NCBI GenBank assembly: GCA_005223125.1
Contig: NJBH01000005.1
Span: forward strand, 126,780-190,779
Length of the DNA: 64,000 nucleotides
Direction of reading: 5' to 3'
Origin: Promethearchaeota archaeon Loki_b32
GTDB lineage: Archaea > Asgardarchaeota > Lokiarchaeia > Sigyniarchaeales > SOKP01
A program made the position numbers and the translations under genes. Numbering within the stretch: position 1 is the first letter of the stretch; each line of letters starts with the position of its first letter. The notes below the pieces were generated by a model. That model had not been told where the DNA came from. It was given only the letters and a program-made list of their open reading frames with translations, and ran no database searches. Shown piece after piece: positions 40,333 to 48,943 of this stretch.

Positions 40333-40374
40333 CTAATCATTATAGAAAAATATAGAACATCAAATAATTTAAAA

Positions 40375-41115
40375 TTAAATTTCTCTATTCTTCCACCAAT
40401 ATGGAATTCCTAGTTTGATCAATTTGCCGTAATCTAACAGTAATATTTGATCCTCCATTATCGAAAACGCAAAACCCCCAAGATAGTCTATCCAACGCTC
40501 ATCGGGAGGAAGAGCAAACCATCCAAATCTAAAAATCATTATGTGAAAATCATGAGAAATAAAGAGATCGATACCACTTTCAGAATTACTCTCAATTTGG
40601 TACCAAATTTGTTGACCACTTCTCTGAATGAATGGTAACGCGGGAGGCCATAGATCTGGTGAATAAACACCCGCTAAATAACGTAGGATTACTTGATAGT
40701 TTTTATATTTATTAAATTCATCCAAATATGATTGAGAGTTTATTCCAATGCCATGCAATGATTTGTATTCTCCTATAAAAATTCCCTTTCCGTTTACTTT
40801 TGTGAATCCTTGATAAACTTTTTCAGCAGTCTCCTTGCATCGGTTGCGAGGGCTATGAAATAATCGAACGTGTCTATCTATTGGTAAGCTTTCACCAAAT
40901 TTTTCAGCAATTTCTTGTCCTAACGGTGTTAGCTCCATATTTGCTATTTTTAGATCATTCTCATTAACCAATTTTGGTTCATATCTTTGAGAATGTCTCA
41001 ATATTATAATAATCTTTGAATGAACGGGAAATTTATCAAGCCCTTTAATGATATTAGTTGCTTGTTTCGTCCAAGTATTTTCTTCCCAGATTTTCTTAGC
41101 CAATTTTTCAGACAT
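40375..41115 (-). CDS. Histidine phosphatase superfamily protein
   Basis: LRHS, LT..G, SPRNRC.ETA, SHD. Confidence 0.85.
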   Translation of the reverse strand: MSEKLAKKIWEENTWTKQATNIIKGLDKFPVHSKIIIILRHSQRYEPKLVNENDLKIANMELTPLGQEIAEKFGESLPIDRHVRLFHSPRNRCKETAEKVYQGFTKVNGKGIFIGEYKSLHGIGINSQSYLDEFNKYKNYQVILRYLAGVYSPDLWPPALPFIQRSGQQIWYQIESNSESGIDLFISHDFHIMIFRFGWFALPPDERWIDYLGGFAFSIMEDQILLLDYGKLIKLGIPYWWKNREI

Positions 41116-41150
41116 TTTTAAATCCTATAATTAAAATTAATCTCTAATTC

Positions 41151-41966
41151 TTATTCAATACCAAATTCGTTTTCGACCAATTCTTTTAATCTTGTTAAAA
41201 ATCGTGTTGCAGGAGCACCATCTATAATATCATGGTCGAACATTATTGTTGCATGAAGAATCTTCCGAATTTCTATTTTGTCATCAACCACTCCTGCTTT
41301 TTTTGTTATAGCTCCTAAAGCGATCATTAATGATGACACACCAATAGGAATACCCCATCCGCTAAGATCTCCAAACATCCCTACCGAAGTGAGATTTATA
41401 GTACCTCCAAAATCTTTAAGTAGTAAAGGATTCCGACCAAATCTCCAGTATGTAAACTTTCTTAGAAATTTAGGAAGGTTAGTGAAAATTCTTTTAAATT
41501 TCTCTTCTTTTTTTAGCCCAAGTAATACTTCATCATCCACTGCTTCTGATTGGGCATCTCTAATTTCATTAGTAATTTCTGCAACCGATTTTTCATTAGT
41601 TTTTCTGATTATTATTGGTAAAGGGGTCTTCTGACCGTTTACTATTTTCTCAACCATAATAGAAATGTCAACATCATCAAATCTATAAATTTTCTTCTTT
41701 CCCTTTTTTAACGCATGTACATCTTTATATTCACTCGCCGCTTGTCCAATGCATTTTAATAACCATCCAGTAAAAGATAACTTGATTCCATGTTGTAATT
41801 TGTAATTTTTTATCTTTTCTCTTCCATTGGTCACATCAAATTCAACTAATCCTTTAATATAATGTTTCTTCATGCCTTGCTCCATTATATCTATCACCAT
41901 TCTACGCTCTTTGGGAAACCTAATCACTTCATAGGTCCCAGCAGATTTCTTTTTTTTAGAACCCAT
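41151..41966 (-). CDS. Stand-alone 2-oxoacid dehydrogenase E2-type acyltransferase catalytic domain
   Basis: GT..LTSVG, FDHDIIDGAPA; no lipoyl domain. Confidence 0.88.
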   Translation of the reverse strand: MGSKKKKSAGTYEVIRFPKERRMVIDIMEQGMKKHYIKGLVEFDVTNGREKIKNYKLQHGIKLSFTGWLLKCIGQAASEYKDVHALKKGKKKIYRFDDVDISIMVEKIVNGQKTPLPIIIRKTNEKSVAEITNEIRDAQSEAVDDEVLLGLKKEEKFKRIFTNLPKFLRKFTYWRFGRNPLLLKDFGGTINLTSVGMFGDLSGWGIPIGVSSLMIALGAITKKAGVVDDKIEIRKILHATIMFDHDIIDGAPATRFLTRLKELVENEFGIE

Positions 41967-42100
41967 TATCTATCTCCAATCTCACTTATTTACTATATTT
42001 GTATTTAGTAATTAATTATCTAATGAATAATAGACTTTCTCATTTCAATTTTGGTTTTGCCTAAATTATATATAAAATGTAGACTTAATAAGAAATTATT

Positions 42101-43054
42101 ATGAAAGCCATTGTATATGAAGAATTTGGTTCTGCGGAGGTTCTTGAATTAAAAGAAGTGGATAAACCTACACCTAAGGATGATGAATTGCTTGTTAAGG
42201 TACATGCAACTTCAGTAAACGCCATAGATATGATCTTTCGGAGTGGTGCAACCTTGTTATTTGGAATGACAAAATTAATGGCGGGATTTAAAAAACCAAA
42301 ACATAACATTATAGGGTTTGATGTATCTGGAGAGGTTGAATCTGTAGGAAAAAACGTTATAAAATTTAAAAACGGAGATCTTATTTATGCATGTCTTAGA
42401 AGCCCTGGTGCAAATGCCGAGTATGTACGCGTTCCTGAAAAGTTTGCCGCAATAAAACCCGCTAATATGACTCATGAGGAAGCTGCGGCAGTACCTGATG
42501 CAGGTGGCACAGCTTTGACCGGGCTTATTTATACGGTTACTATTAAAGAGGGACAAAGAGTGCTTATCTTTGGTGCTTCTGGAGGAGTAGGTACTTATGC
42601 TTTACAAATTGCGAGGACATTTACAACTGAAGTAACAGGCGTATGTAGTACAAGTGCTGTAAGTATGGTAAAATCTCTTGGAGCAAATGCTGTGATTGAT
42701 TATACGAAAGAGGATTTTACTAAAAATGGACAAACTTACGATATTATCTTTGACGCGGTGGGTCGAAATGTAACTTCGTACTCGAAATGTAAAAACTCGT
42801 TAACTAAGAATGGGATTTTTGTAACAGTTGATTTTCAATCGGTGATGTTTAAATATATGTTGAATAAAAACGTGAGAGGGTACATGGGTAATGTTGTTGC
42901 TGAAAAACTTGATTATCTCAGAGATCTCATCGAAGCAGGAAAGATTAAATCAGTTGTTGATAAAGTTTATCCATTGAGTCAGATGGCAGACGCTCATAGA
43001 TACTATGAAGAAGGTCATCCAAAAGGAAAAATAGTGATAACTATACAAGATTAA
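42101..43054 (+). CDS. Zinc-independent MDR / quinone oxidoreductase-like
   Basis: GASGGVG, GFDVSG, HPKGKIV. Confidence 0.9.
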   Translation: MKAIVYEEFGSAEVLELKEVDKPTPKDDELLVKVHATSVNAIDMIFRSGATLLFGMTKLMAGFKKPKHNIIGFDVSGEVESVGKNVIKFKNGDLIYACLRSPGANAEYVRVPEKFAAIKPANMTHEEAAAVPDAGGTALTGLIYTVTIKEGQRVLIFGASGGVGTYALQIARTFTTEVTGVCSTSAVSMVKSLGANAVIDYTKEDFTKNGQTYDIIFDAVGRNVTSYSKCKNSLTKNGIFVTVDFQSVMFKYMLNKNVRGYMGNVVAEKLDYLRDLIEAGKIKSVVDKVYPLSQMADAHRYYEEGHPKGKIVITIQD

Positions 43055-43086
43055 CAAGATGTAATAATATTATTTGATATTGAGTT

Positions 43087-43635
43087 TCATACTTTAAAAA
43101 AAATACTTGCAAAACCTTTTCCAATTTTTGATAATCCGATCTTTATAAACTCGCCTTTCGATATTTCTCCTTTTTTGCATTTTTTCCACGAATTCTTGAT
43201 GATTTTCCAATCGGAACCTAAATTTTTTTTCATGTAGCTCTCAATATCACTGATATCCTCCATTAGATTCTCGATCATAAACGCAACATGAGAAATGTCC
43301 AATTTAATCTCTGTTGTATCAGCTTTTACGTCAGAGATCTGCAATTCCATATCTTTCATTTTATTATAAAGCTTCTTATACCTTCGATATTTAGGACCTT
43401 TTTCTTTGATGCCCTTTATCCAGTTAGTCCAGGAGCCCTTAAACTCTTGCCAATCGTTTTCCCAGTCTTTTTGGACTTTTAGGAAAAAATCATCTGACTT
43501 TACCGATAACCCTTGGAACTCATCCTTTATATCCAGGAAAAACTGGCTAATGGGATCTTTCTTTTTTTCTTCTATTGAAATAATATCATCTTGAGCAGGA
43601 TCTTTCTCTTCAGTATCTTTCATTTCGATCATCAA
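43087..43635 (-). CDS. Coiled-coil hypothetical protein
   Basis: 182-aa ORF with heptad segment and Trp-rich amphipathic helix. Confidence 0.65.
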   Translation of the reverse strand: MMIEMKDTEEKDPAQDDIISIEEKKKDPISQFFLDIKDEFQGLSVKSDDFFLKVQKDWENDWQEFKGSWTNWIKGIKEKGPKYRRYKKLYNKMKDMELQISDVKADTTEIKLDISHVAFMIENLMEDISDIESYMKKNLGSDWKIIKNSWKKCKKGEISKGEFIKIGLSKIGKGFASIFFKV

Positions 43636-43781
43636 CCTTGGAAATCTCTTCTAACTATCCTAGAAATTACATAATAATTTAAAAGTATTTATTAATAAGT
43701 TTTCTTATAATGTGAAATTGGAATAAATCTTATACATTTTATCTCTATAAATTTAAAATTAATTCCCTCAATAATTACATA

Positions 43782-44312
43782 TTGCTTAAAATCTTAATCA
43801 AATCAAAAGTGGTTAAACTGGAATCCATTCATAAACGAGGTGTAGGTAAAGAACATCCAAAAGGACATCTAATACAACTTATAGCAGGGATTATTTTTTT
43901 TCTTATATGGATTTTAGATTCTTTTATCTTCATGTTCTCAACCGGATTGGGAAGCTATATCGACTTCATTATCCGGATTATTTTGTGTCTGAGTCTTTTA
44001 ATAATAGGACTTTTTTTAATATTCAGAACGGGTCATATTTTATTTAATAAAGAAAATGTACCTTCTAAGTTAATAAAGAAGGGAATTTTTGCTCATACAA
44101 GGCATCCCTTATATCTTGGTGTTCTCATAATATATCTAGGACTTATACTTTTATCAGTATCATTACTCTCTATTATCGGATTTATCGTTGCCTTCATTTT
44201 ATATAATTGGATCGCCACTTTTGAGGAGAATGACCTTGAGAAACTGTTTAAAGAAGAATATTTAGAATACAAGAAAAGGGTCCCAAAATGGATTCCATCC
44301 TTTAAAAATTAA
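43782..44312 (+). CDS. Isoprenylcysteine carboxyl methyltransferase / PEMT family
   Basis: GIFAHTRHPLYLG, EENDL...YLEYKKRVPKWIP. Confidence 0.88.
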   Translation: MLKILIKSKVVKLESIHKRGVGKEHPKGHLIQLIAGIIFFLIWILDSFIFMFSTGLGSYIDFIIRIILCLSLLIIGLFLIFRTGHILFNKENVPSKLIKKGIFAHTRHPLYLGVLIIYLGLILLSVSLLSIIGFIVAFILYNWIATFEENDLEKLFKEEYLEYKKRVPKWIPSFKN

Positions 44313-44455
44313 TGTTCATATTTGCTAATTGCATTTAATTGGCTTTATTTCAATTAGTTTTTACCTTCACGCTGAATGTAAGAAACTATTAAATAACATA
44401 AAAAAATAAAAGGTTAGAATTAGGTTCAAATTTAAATATACTATGAAATATTCCT

Positions 44456-44531
44456 AGACCATCAAAATGAATAAAGATATACTCATTTTATTTCAAATAA
44501 TAGTATCAACAATGTTTTGTTGTATTTTTTG
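44456..44531 (-). ncRNA. Putative TnpB omegaRNA 3' scaffold / right end, copy A
   Basis: Overlaps tnpB 3' end; hairpins CAAC..GTTG and AAAATGAGTA..TATTCATTTT; conserved in a second copy. Confidence 0.55.
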
Positions 44532-45701
44532 TGGCATCAGTCCGAATGCCTCTATCCCATCAACCTGTACGGAATTTGGGAATACTTTTTTCATTATATT
44601 GAAACCTGCATTTACATCAGCATTGATGAGTGTACCATTGGAAGTTCTAAATAATCCCCTACTAATTCTTTTACCTAGATATTTCTTATGATGTCTAATC
44701 TCTTCATTATCGAAAAAACTACACTTAGATGTGTGGTTCTCATTAATTGTTATAACAGTAATTCCAACCAATTCCGATTTATATTTAACTTGATTAATCA
44801 GCTTCAAGAACGGAATCTGAGCAAATTTCTGGTTATTCTTCTTACCAATATTTATATTCTGCTTCCAGTCTTCATTATATCCAATTATAATAGTACCAAG
44901 ATTATTTTTAATACAATAATTAATTAAAAGTCTAGAAATTCTGTGAAATATGGTGTATATTTTATTGTTTCTCTTTAGATGTAATTTTTGAATTCTTTTA
45001 GTGTCTTGGAAATTACTCTTCTTGTTTTCAATGCTTCTATAATATGCTAATTGCTTATTGTAATATTGATTTATGGATTTTATAACCTTACCCTTAATAA
45101 TAATTGGATCTAACCCAATATTATTTACAGCAGTTATAAGGTTATTCACTCCTAAATCAATTGATAATAAATTCTTTTTATTTAGTCCTAAATCCTGCTC
45201 TTCTTTTTCATATATTATTTCTATCTTATATTTTATCCCTAATGGAATAATCCTTACTTCTTTTAGTTTTTCCTTTATTCTTGTTTTCAATAGTTTGAGA
45301 TTAACTTTTTTTGGAAAGTTTAGATACCCCTGCTTAATTCTGCATTGCTGGTTTGTAAAAATAACGATAGATTCTCCGTTCTTCCTTTTATAGTGTGGAA
45401 TTCTTGGCTTATTTTTAAATTTTTTAGGATTTGTTCTATATTCTTTCAATGCTCCAAAATAAGATTTCCAATTTCTATTAACTAGCTTTAGAATTTGTTG
45501 AGAAGTCTGAGAAGGTAATTTTCTATATGCTTGTTTATCTTTTAAGATATATTCCAGATCATAGTAATTGAGAAAATTATTTAATTTAAGAAAATCTTGT
45601 CTTACATACCAATTAGCTAAATTATATAAATTTTTAGCTAGATGACACAATTTAGAAAGTTGGTCAGAAGAATTTTTGTATATTGTTTCAGATAACCTCA
45701 A
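44493..45701 (-). CDS. tnpB: TnpB RNA-guided endonuclease
   Basis: AKNLYN, LPSQTSQQ, RuvC-I SIDLG, displaced RuvC-II NENHTS, RuvC-III NADVNAG. Confidence 0.93.
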   Translation of the reverse strand: MRLSETIYKNSSDQLSKLCHLAKNLYNLANWYVRQDFLKLNNFLNYYDLEYILKDKQAYRKLPSQTSQQILKLVNRNWKSYFGALKEYRTNPKKFKNKPRIPHYKRKNGESIVIFTNQQCRIKQGYLNFPKKVNLKLLKTRIKEKLKEVRIIPLGIKYKIEIIYEKEEQDLGLNKKNLLSIDLGVNNLITAVNNIGLDPIIIKGKVIKSINQYYNKQLAYYRSIENKKSNFQDTKRIQKLHLKRNNKIYTIFHRISRLLINYCIKNNLGTIIIGYNEDWKQNINIGKKNNQKFAQIPFLKLINQVKYKSELVGITVITINENHTSKCSFFDNEEIRHHKKYLGKRISRGLFRTSNGTLINADVNAGFNIMKKVFPNSVQVDGIEAFGLMPQKIQQNIVDTII

Positions 45702-45850
45702 GTTAATACTTAAATAGGATTACCTATATTTAAAAAAATACAGAGTCTAATAATACTGATTGACAGTATCAATTGAATTTAAATTTTATTAAGTTACATA
45801 TTATACTGCACTATATTAATACCAATAGAGAGATATCTCCAAAATAAATT

Positions 45851-46276
45851 ATGCGATTTAATATGAAACGTAAAGATCAATATAGCCGAAAACTTGAATT
45901 TATCATTGATAAGATTTCTATATTACCTGATAATATTGAAGAAAATATTTTTTATATTGATGCGTTATTCTACCGTCTTCAAGTTTCTATTAATGTTGCA
46001 ATGGATGTAATCGCAATGTTATGTAAAGATTTGGGGATAACAGTTAGGGATGATTATTCAAATATTGATGATTTAGAAAGTCTTAATATATTCCAGAAGG
46101 ATTTATTGAAGCATTTACGCCGTTTGAATGGTTTAAGAAATGTACTAGTACATAGATATAATAAAATTGAAGAAGAAAGAATAATTCAAGAAAAGAAAAA
46201 TTTTGTGGATAATCTTAAAAAATTTGTAAAAGATGTGGAGAAAGTAATAAATGAACGACTCCAATTATCTAAATGA
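45851..46276 (+). CDS. hepT: HEPN RNase toxin (DUF86/HepT-like)
   Basis: GLRNVLVHRY (Rx4H plus Tyr); paired with MNT. Confidence 0.85.
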   Translation: MRFNMKRKDQYSRKLEFIIDKISILPDNIEENIFYIDALFYRLQVSINVAMDVIAMLCKDLGITVRDDYSNIDDLESLNIFQKDLLKHLRRLNGLRNVLVHRYNKIEEERIIQEKKNFVDNLKKFVKDVEKVINERLQLSK

Positions 46277-46664
46277 AATTAAAAAAGATTTAAGAAAGCT
46301 AGATAAATTTTGGGTTGTAGTCTATGGCAGTTTTCTTTCTGATTATTACATTCCCCATAAGTCTGATATTGATATTGCAATTATTTCTCAAGAAAGAGAA
46401 AAAGAATCAAATGTATCAATTTGGAAAAATTTCTGGGGGGAATTCTCTGAGACTTATGACATCAAAATCTTTGAATTATTACCATTAAGCATTAAAATTG
46501 AAGTTATTGAGAATTATCAAGTTGTTTTTGGGAATCCTCTTGAAATATCAGAATATTTTTATCATTACCGTTCAATTTGGAAAGATATGATTCATAGAAT
46601 TGAATCCAATCGTTTTAAGAGTATACAAGAGAAGATAGAATTATTAGAACAAAGAAAAAAATAA
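46251..46664 (+). CDS. mntA: Minimal nucleotidyltransferase antitoxin (MntA-like)
   Basis: YGS...SDIDIA; overlaps the HEPN gene. Confidence 0.85.
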   Translation: MNDSNYLNEIKKDLRKLDKFWVVVYGSFLSDYYIPHKSDIDIAIISQEREKESNVSIWKNFWGEFSETYDIKIFELLPLSIKIEVIENYQVVFGNPLEISEYFYHYRSIWKDMIHRIESNRFKSIQEKIELLEQRKK

Positions 46665-46668
46665 GGTT

Positions 46669-46716
46669 CCTAAATCATGAACTACTTCTTTGATATAGAG
46701 AGGTACATTCTCATCA
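46669..46716 (-). pseudogene. 48-bp scar of a DUF5615 PIN toxin gene
   Basis: Encodes DENVPLYIKEVVHDLG vs DENVPISIKDVIHDLG at 51268-51315 (12/16 identical). Confidence 0.65.
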
Positions 46717-46880
46717 TATTGATTCGATTCACGGTTCAATTAGTTTTTATCATAAAAGTTAAATACCAATATTTGGCTCATATTCCAAAAAAAATTTCAT
46801 TAATTTAGGCGCCAACCATATAGCCAATAATGTAAATTTCTTTTCACTTTCTTTATTTGTAATGAACGATTAGTAATCAC

Positions 46881-47120
46881 ATGATTAATCAAAATTTTGA
46901 TGATTCGGTACAATTTTTATATTTTCCTCATAGTGATATTATTATTTTAATAATCTTATCATTTATAATTCTAATTTCGGTTGGTCTACTTGCGGCAATT
47001 TTATTACGAAACCAAAAAATGAACAATAAATTGAAGATAATCCTATTGTCAATTTCATCTTTCTCATACGCTTTTTTCAACGATAAAGCTGGATCTTCAA
47101 TCATATTATTAGGTTTCTAA
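46881..47120 (+). CDS. Short membrane ORF, probably truncated
   Basis: Hydrophobic; its 3' end is supplied by the 35-bp repeat. Confidence 0.4.
   Translation: MINQNFDDSVQFLYFPHSDIIILIILSFIILISVGLLAAILLRNQKMNNKLKIILLSISSFSYAFFNDKAGSSIILLGF
47076..47110 (+). repeat. 35-bp direct repeat, copy 1 (copy 2 at 48699-48733)
   Basis: ttcaacgataaagctggatcttcaatcatattatt; 3 mismatches to copy 2. Confidence 0.8.
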
Positions 47121-47432
47121 ATCGTTAAAATCTTAATTGTTAGATGTCTATTTATTTTTTATTATTATTCTATTTTAAGATTTGAGCACTCCATTCTTTA
47201 ATGAGAGGAGCATCATCTTTTAAATACCTATCTTTTAGTTTTTTTTTTTTAACAATTATTAAAAAAATCAACTGAATTTAAGACCTTTTTCATTCTTTTT
47301 TATATTAGACTAATTAAATTAACCAGAAATTATAACTTTAAAATACATCATTTCCTTTTAAAACAGAAATATTTAATTAATTAAAATGTGTTAATTTTAT
47401 TGTGTTTAATACATTATATTACGTGAAAAAAA

Positions 47433-47738
47433 ATGGGTAAAACTATAACAACACGATTACCAGACGATATGGTTGAAGAAATAGAAAGGATTGCAGAAAT
47501 TGAAAAATTGGATAAATCTAGTGTCATAAGAAGGCTTCTAAACAAAGCTATTCCAGAATGGAAACTTGAATATTCCTTAAAATTATATCAAGATAAAAAA
47601 GTTTCAATAGGTAAAGCAGCAGAATTAAGTTCTATAAGTATATGGGAATTCATGGAGAAATTATCTCAACATAAAATTCCAATAAATTATAATCTTGAAG
47701 ATTTAGAGAATGATTTGAATTTAGTTAAAAACTTATGA
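47433..47738 (+). CDS. Antitoxin, RHH + UPF0175
   Basis: TITTRL, DKSSVIRRLL, VSIGKAAEL. Confidence 0.85.
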   Translation: MGKTITTRLPDDMVEEIERIAEIEKLDKSSVIRRLLNKAIPEWKLEYSLKLYQDKKVSIGKAAELSSISIWEFMEKLSQHKIPINYNLEDLENDLNLVKNL

Positions 47739-48235
47739 ATGAATATTCAATTGTATCAAATACAACACCATTAATTGCATTTCTTAAAAAAAATGAACTG
47801 AATCTCTTAAAAAACGTTTTCAACGAAATTTTAATTCCTAAAGCAGTATATAAAGAAATTATAGAGACTTCTAAAGATTATGATAAAGAAAAAGAGTTTT
47901 TGGAAAATGAAATTAGCAAAAACTGGATTAAAATTTGTGATGTTAAATCATTGAAATTTCCCAATTTAAACCTTGGAAAAGGAGAAACAGAAGCAATAAA
48001 TCTATGTTTTGAAATAAGTGCCCCATTATTACTAATTGATGAAAAAAAAGGAAGAAATGTCGCTAAATCTTTAAAAATAGATGTATTAGGAACACTAGGA
48101 ATTTTTTCTCTCGTATATAAGAGAGATCTTAAAAATAAACAGGACATAATCGAAAATTTAAATCTTCTATTAAAAAGTGGGTTTTATTTCTCTAGTGATG
48201 TTATATTAAATTTTCTAAAACAACTTAAATATTAA
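47735..48235 (+). CDS. PIN-domain toxin (DUF3368-like)
   Basis: SNTTPLI, GETEAI, LIDEKKGR, GTLG; ATGA overlap with antitoxin. Confidence 0.85.
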   Translation: MNEYSIVSNTTPLIAFLKKNELNLLKNVFNEILIPKAVYKEIIETSKDYDKEKEFLENEISKNWIKICDVKSLKFPNLNLGKGETEAINLCFEISAPLLLIDEKKGRNVAKSLKIDVLGTLGIFSLVYKRDLKNKQDIIENLNLLLKSGFYFSSDVILNFLKQLKY

Positions 48236-48251
48236 GCACATCACTCTTGAG

Positions 48252-48353
48252 TCAATGATAAAGATCTTTATCAAGTATAATCTCTCTTATAAGGGCGTTA
48301 TACTCCTTAATTATAATATTTTGAGCTAATTCAAGATTCTTGCGAGAATCCAT
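48252..48353 (-). pseudogene. 33-aa truncated partner of 48375..48608
   Basis: MDSRKNLELAQNIIIKEYNALIREIILDKDLYH*; ends across the perfect palindrome TGATAAAGATCTTTATCA (48256-48273). Confidence 0.4.
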
Positions 48354-48374
48354 GCAAATACATCTCTAAAAGTT

Positions 48375-48608
48375 TTATAGATTATTTAGTATCTCTTGTA
48401 ATTTAGTATAGTCTAATAACAATTGACGCAATTCCACTGCATCTTCTTCTGCATTTTCATAAATTCCCGTGCGTGTTTTTTCTAAAAAATCTTTAGAGGA
48501 GGATTCATTCCAACGAGCTAAAATCTCATCAATACACTGTTTTAGGATTCTCAATTTTGAAGTAATTAAATCCTCTGCTAGAGACTTATCCAATTTAACT
48601 TGAGTCAT
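48375..48608 (-). CDS. Small helical protein, possible antitoxin
   Basis: 77 aa, helical, in TA context. Confidence 0.55.
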   Translation of the reverse strand: MTQVKLDKSLAEDLITSKLRILKQCIDEILARWNESSSKDFLEKTRTGIYENAEEDAVELRQLLLDYTKLQEILNNL

Positions 48609-48698
48609 GTTGATTAATTAATTATAGGAAACACACCTAAATTAATTTATGTTTAAATCTCATTTAAAAGTAGGTACTTGTCTCTTGCTTTTTTTTTA

Positions 48699-48733
48699 TT
48701 CAATGATAAAGCTGAATCTTCAATCACATTATT
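48699..48733 (+). repeat. 35-bp direct repeat, copy 2
   Basis: ttcaatgataaagctgaatcttcaatcacattatt. Confidence 0.8.
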
Positions 48734-48784
48734 TAATATAATAAAGATTTGTTTATTTTAATTAAGGTTAGGGACCTAACATTA

Positions 48785-48862
48785 AGACCATTAAAATGAA
48801 TAAAATTGTACTCATTTTATTTCAAATAATAATATCAACGATGTTTTGTTGTATTATTTGAA
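48785..48862 (-). ncRNA. Orphan second copy of the TnpB omegaRNA scaffold / right end (copy B)
   Basis: 76-bp ungapped match to 44456-44531; hairpins retained; no tnpB attached. Confidence 0.55.
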
Positions 48863-48943
48863 TACAAAAGATATAGCTTATATAAAAGGTATTTACTATA
48901 TAATATTCAAATAATTCATTAATCATTTAGAAAATGAGTATTT

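Larger units (their letters stand above)
44456..45770 (-). mobile_element. TnpB-only IS200/IS605- or IS607-derived element (no tnpA seen; boundaries approximate)
   Basis: tnpB ORF; right boundary inferred from where homology with the 48785 copy stops; ATACTG-N5-CAGTAT hairpin at 45753-45769 as a candidate left-end feature. Confidence 0.6.

Noticed and set aside
45768-45790. TTGAT / TTTAA words near the candidate left end as the TnpB TAM
   Set aside because: The left boundary cannot be fixed from one copy, and several candidate words are equally plausible
44349-46749. Exact 15-mer ttcaattagttttta at 44349 and 46735 flanking tnpB + HEPN/MNT
   Set aside because: Short and very AT-rich; could be chance, so not counted as a target-site duplication
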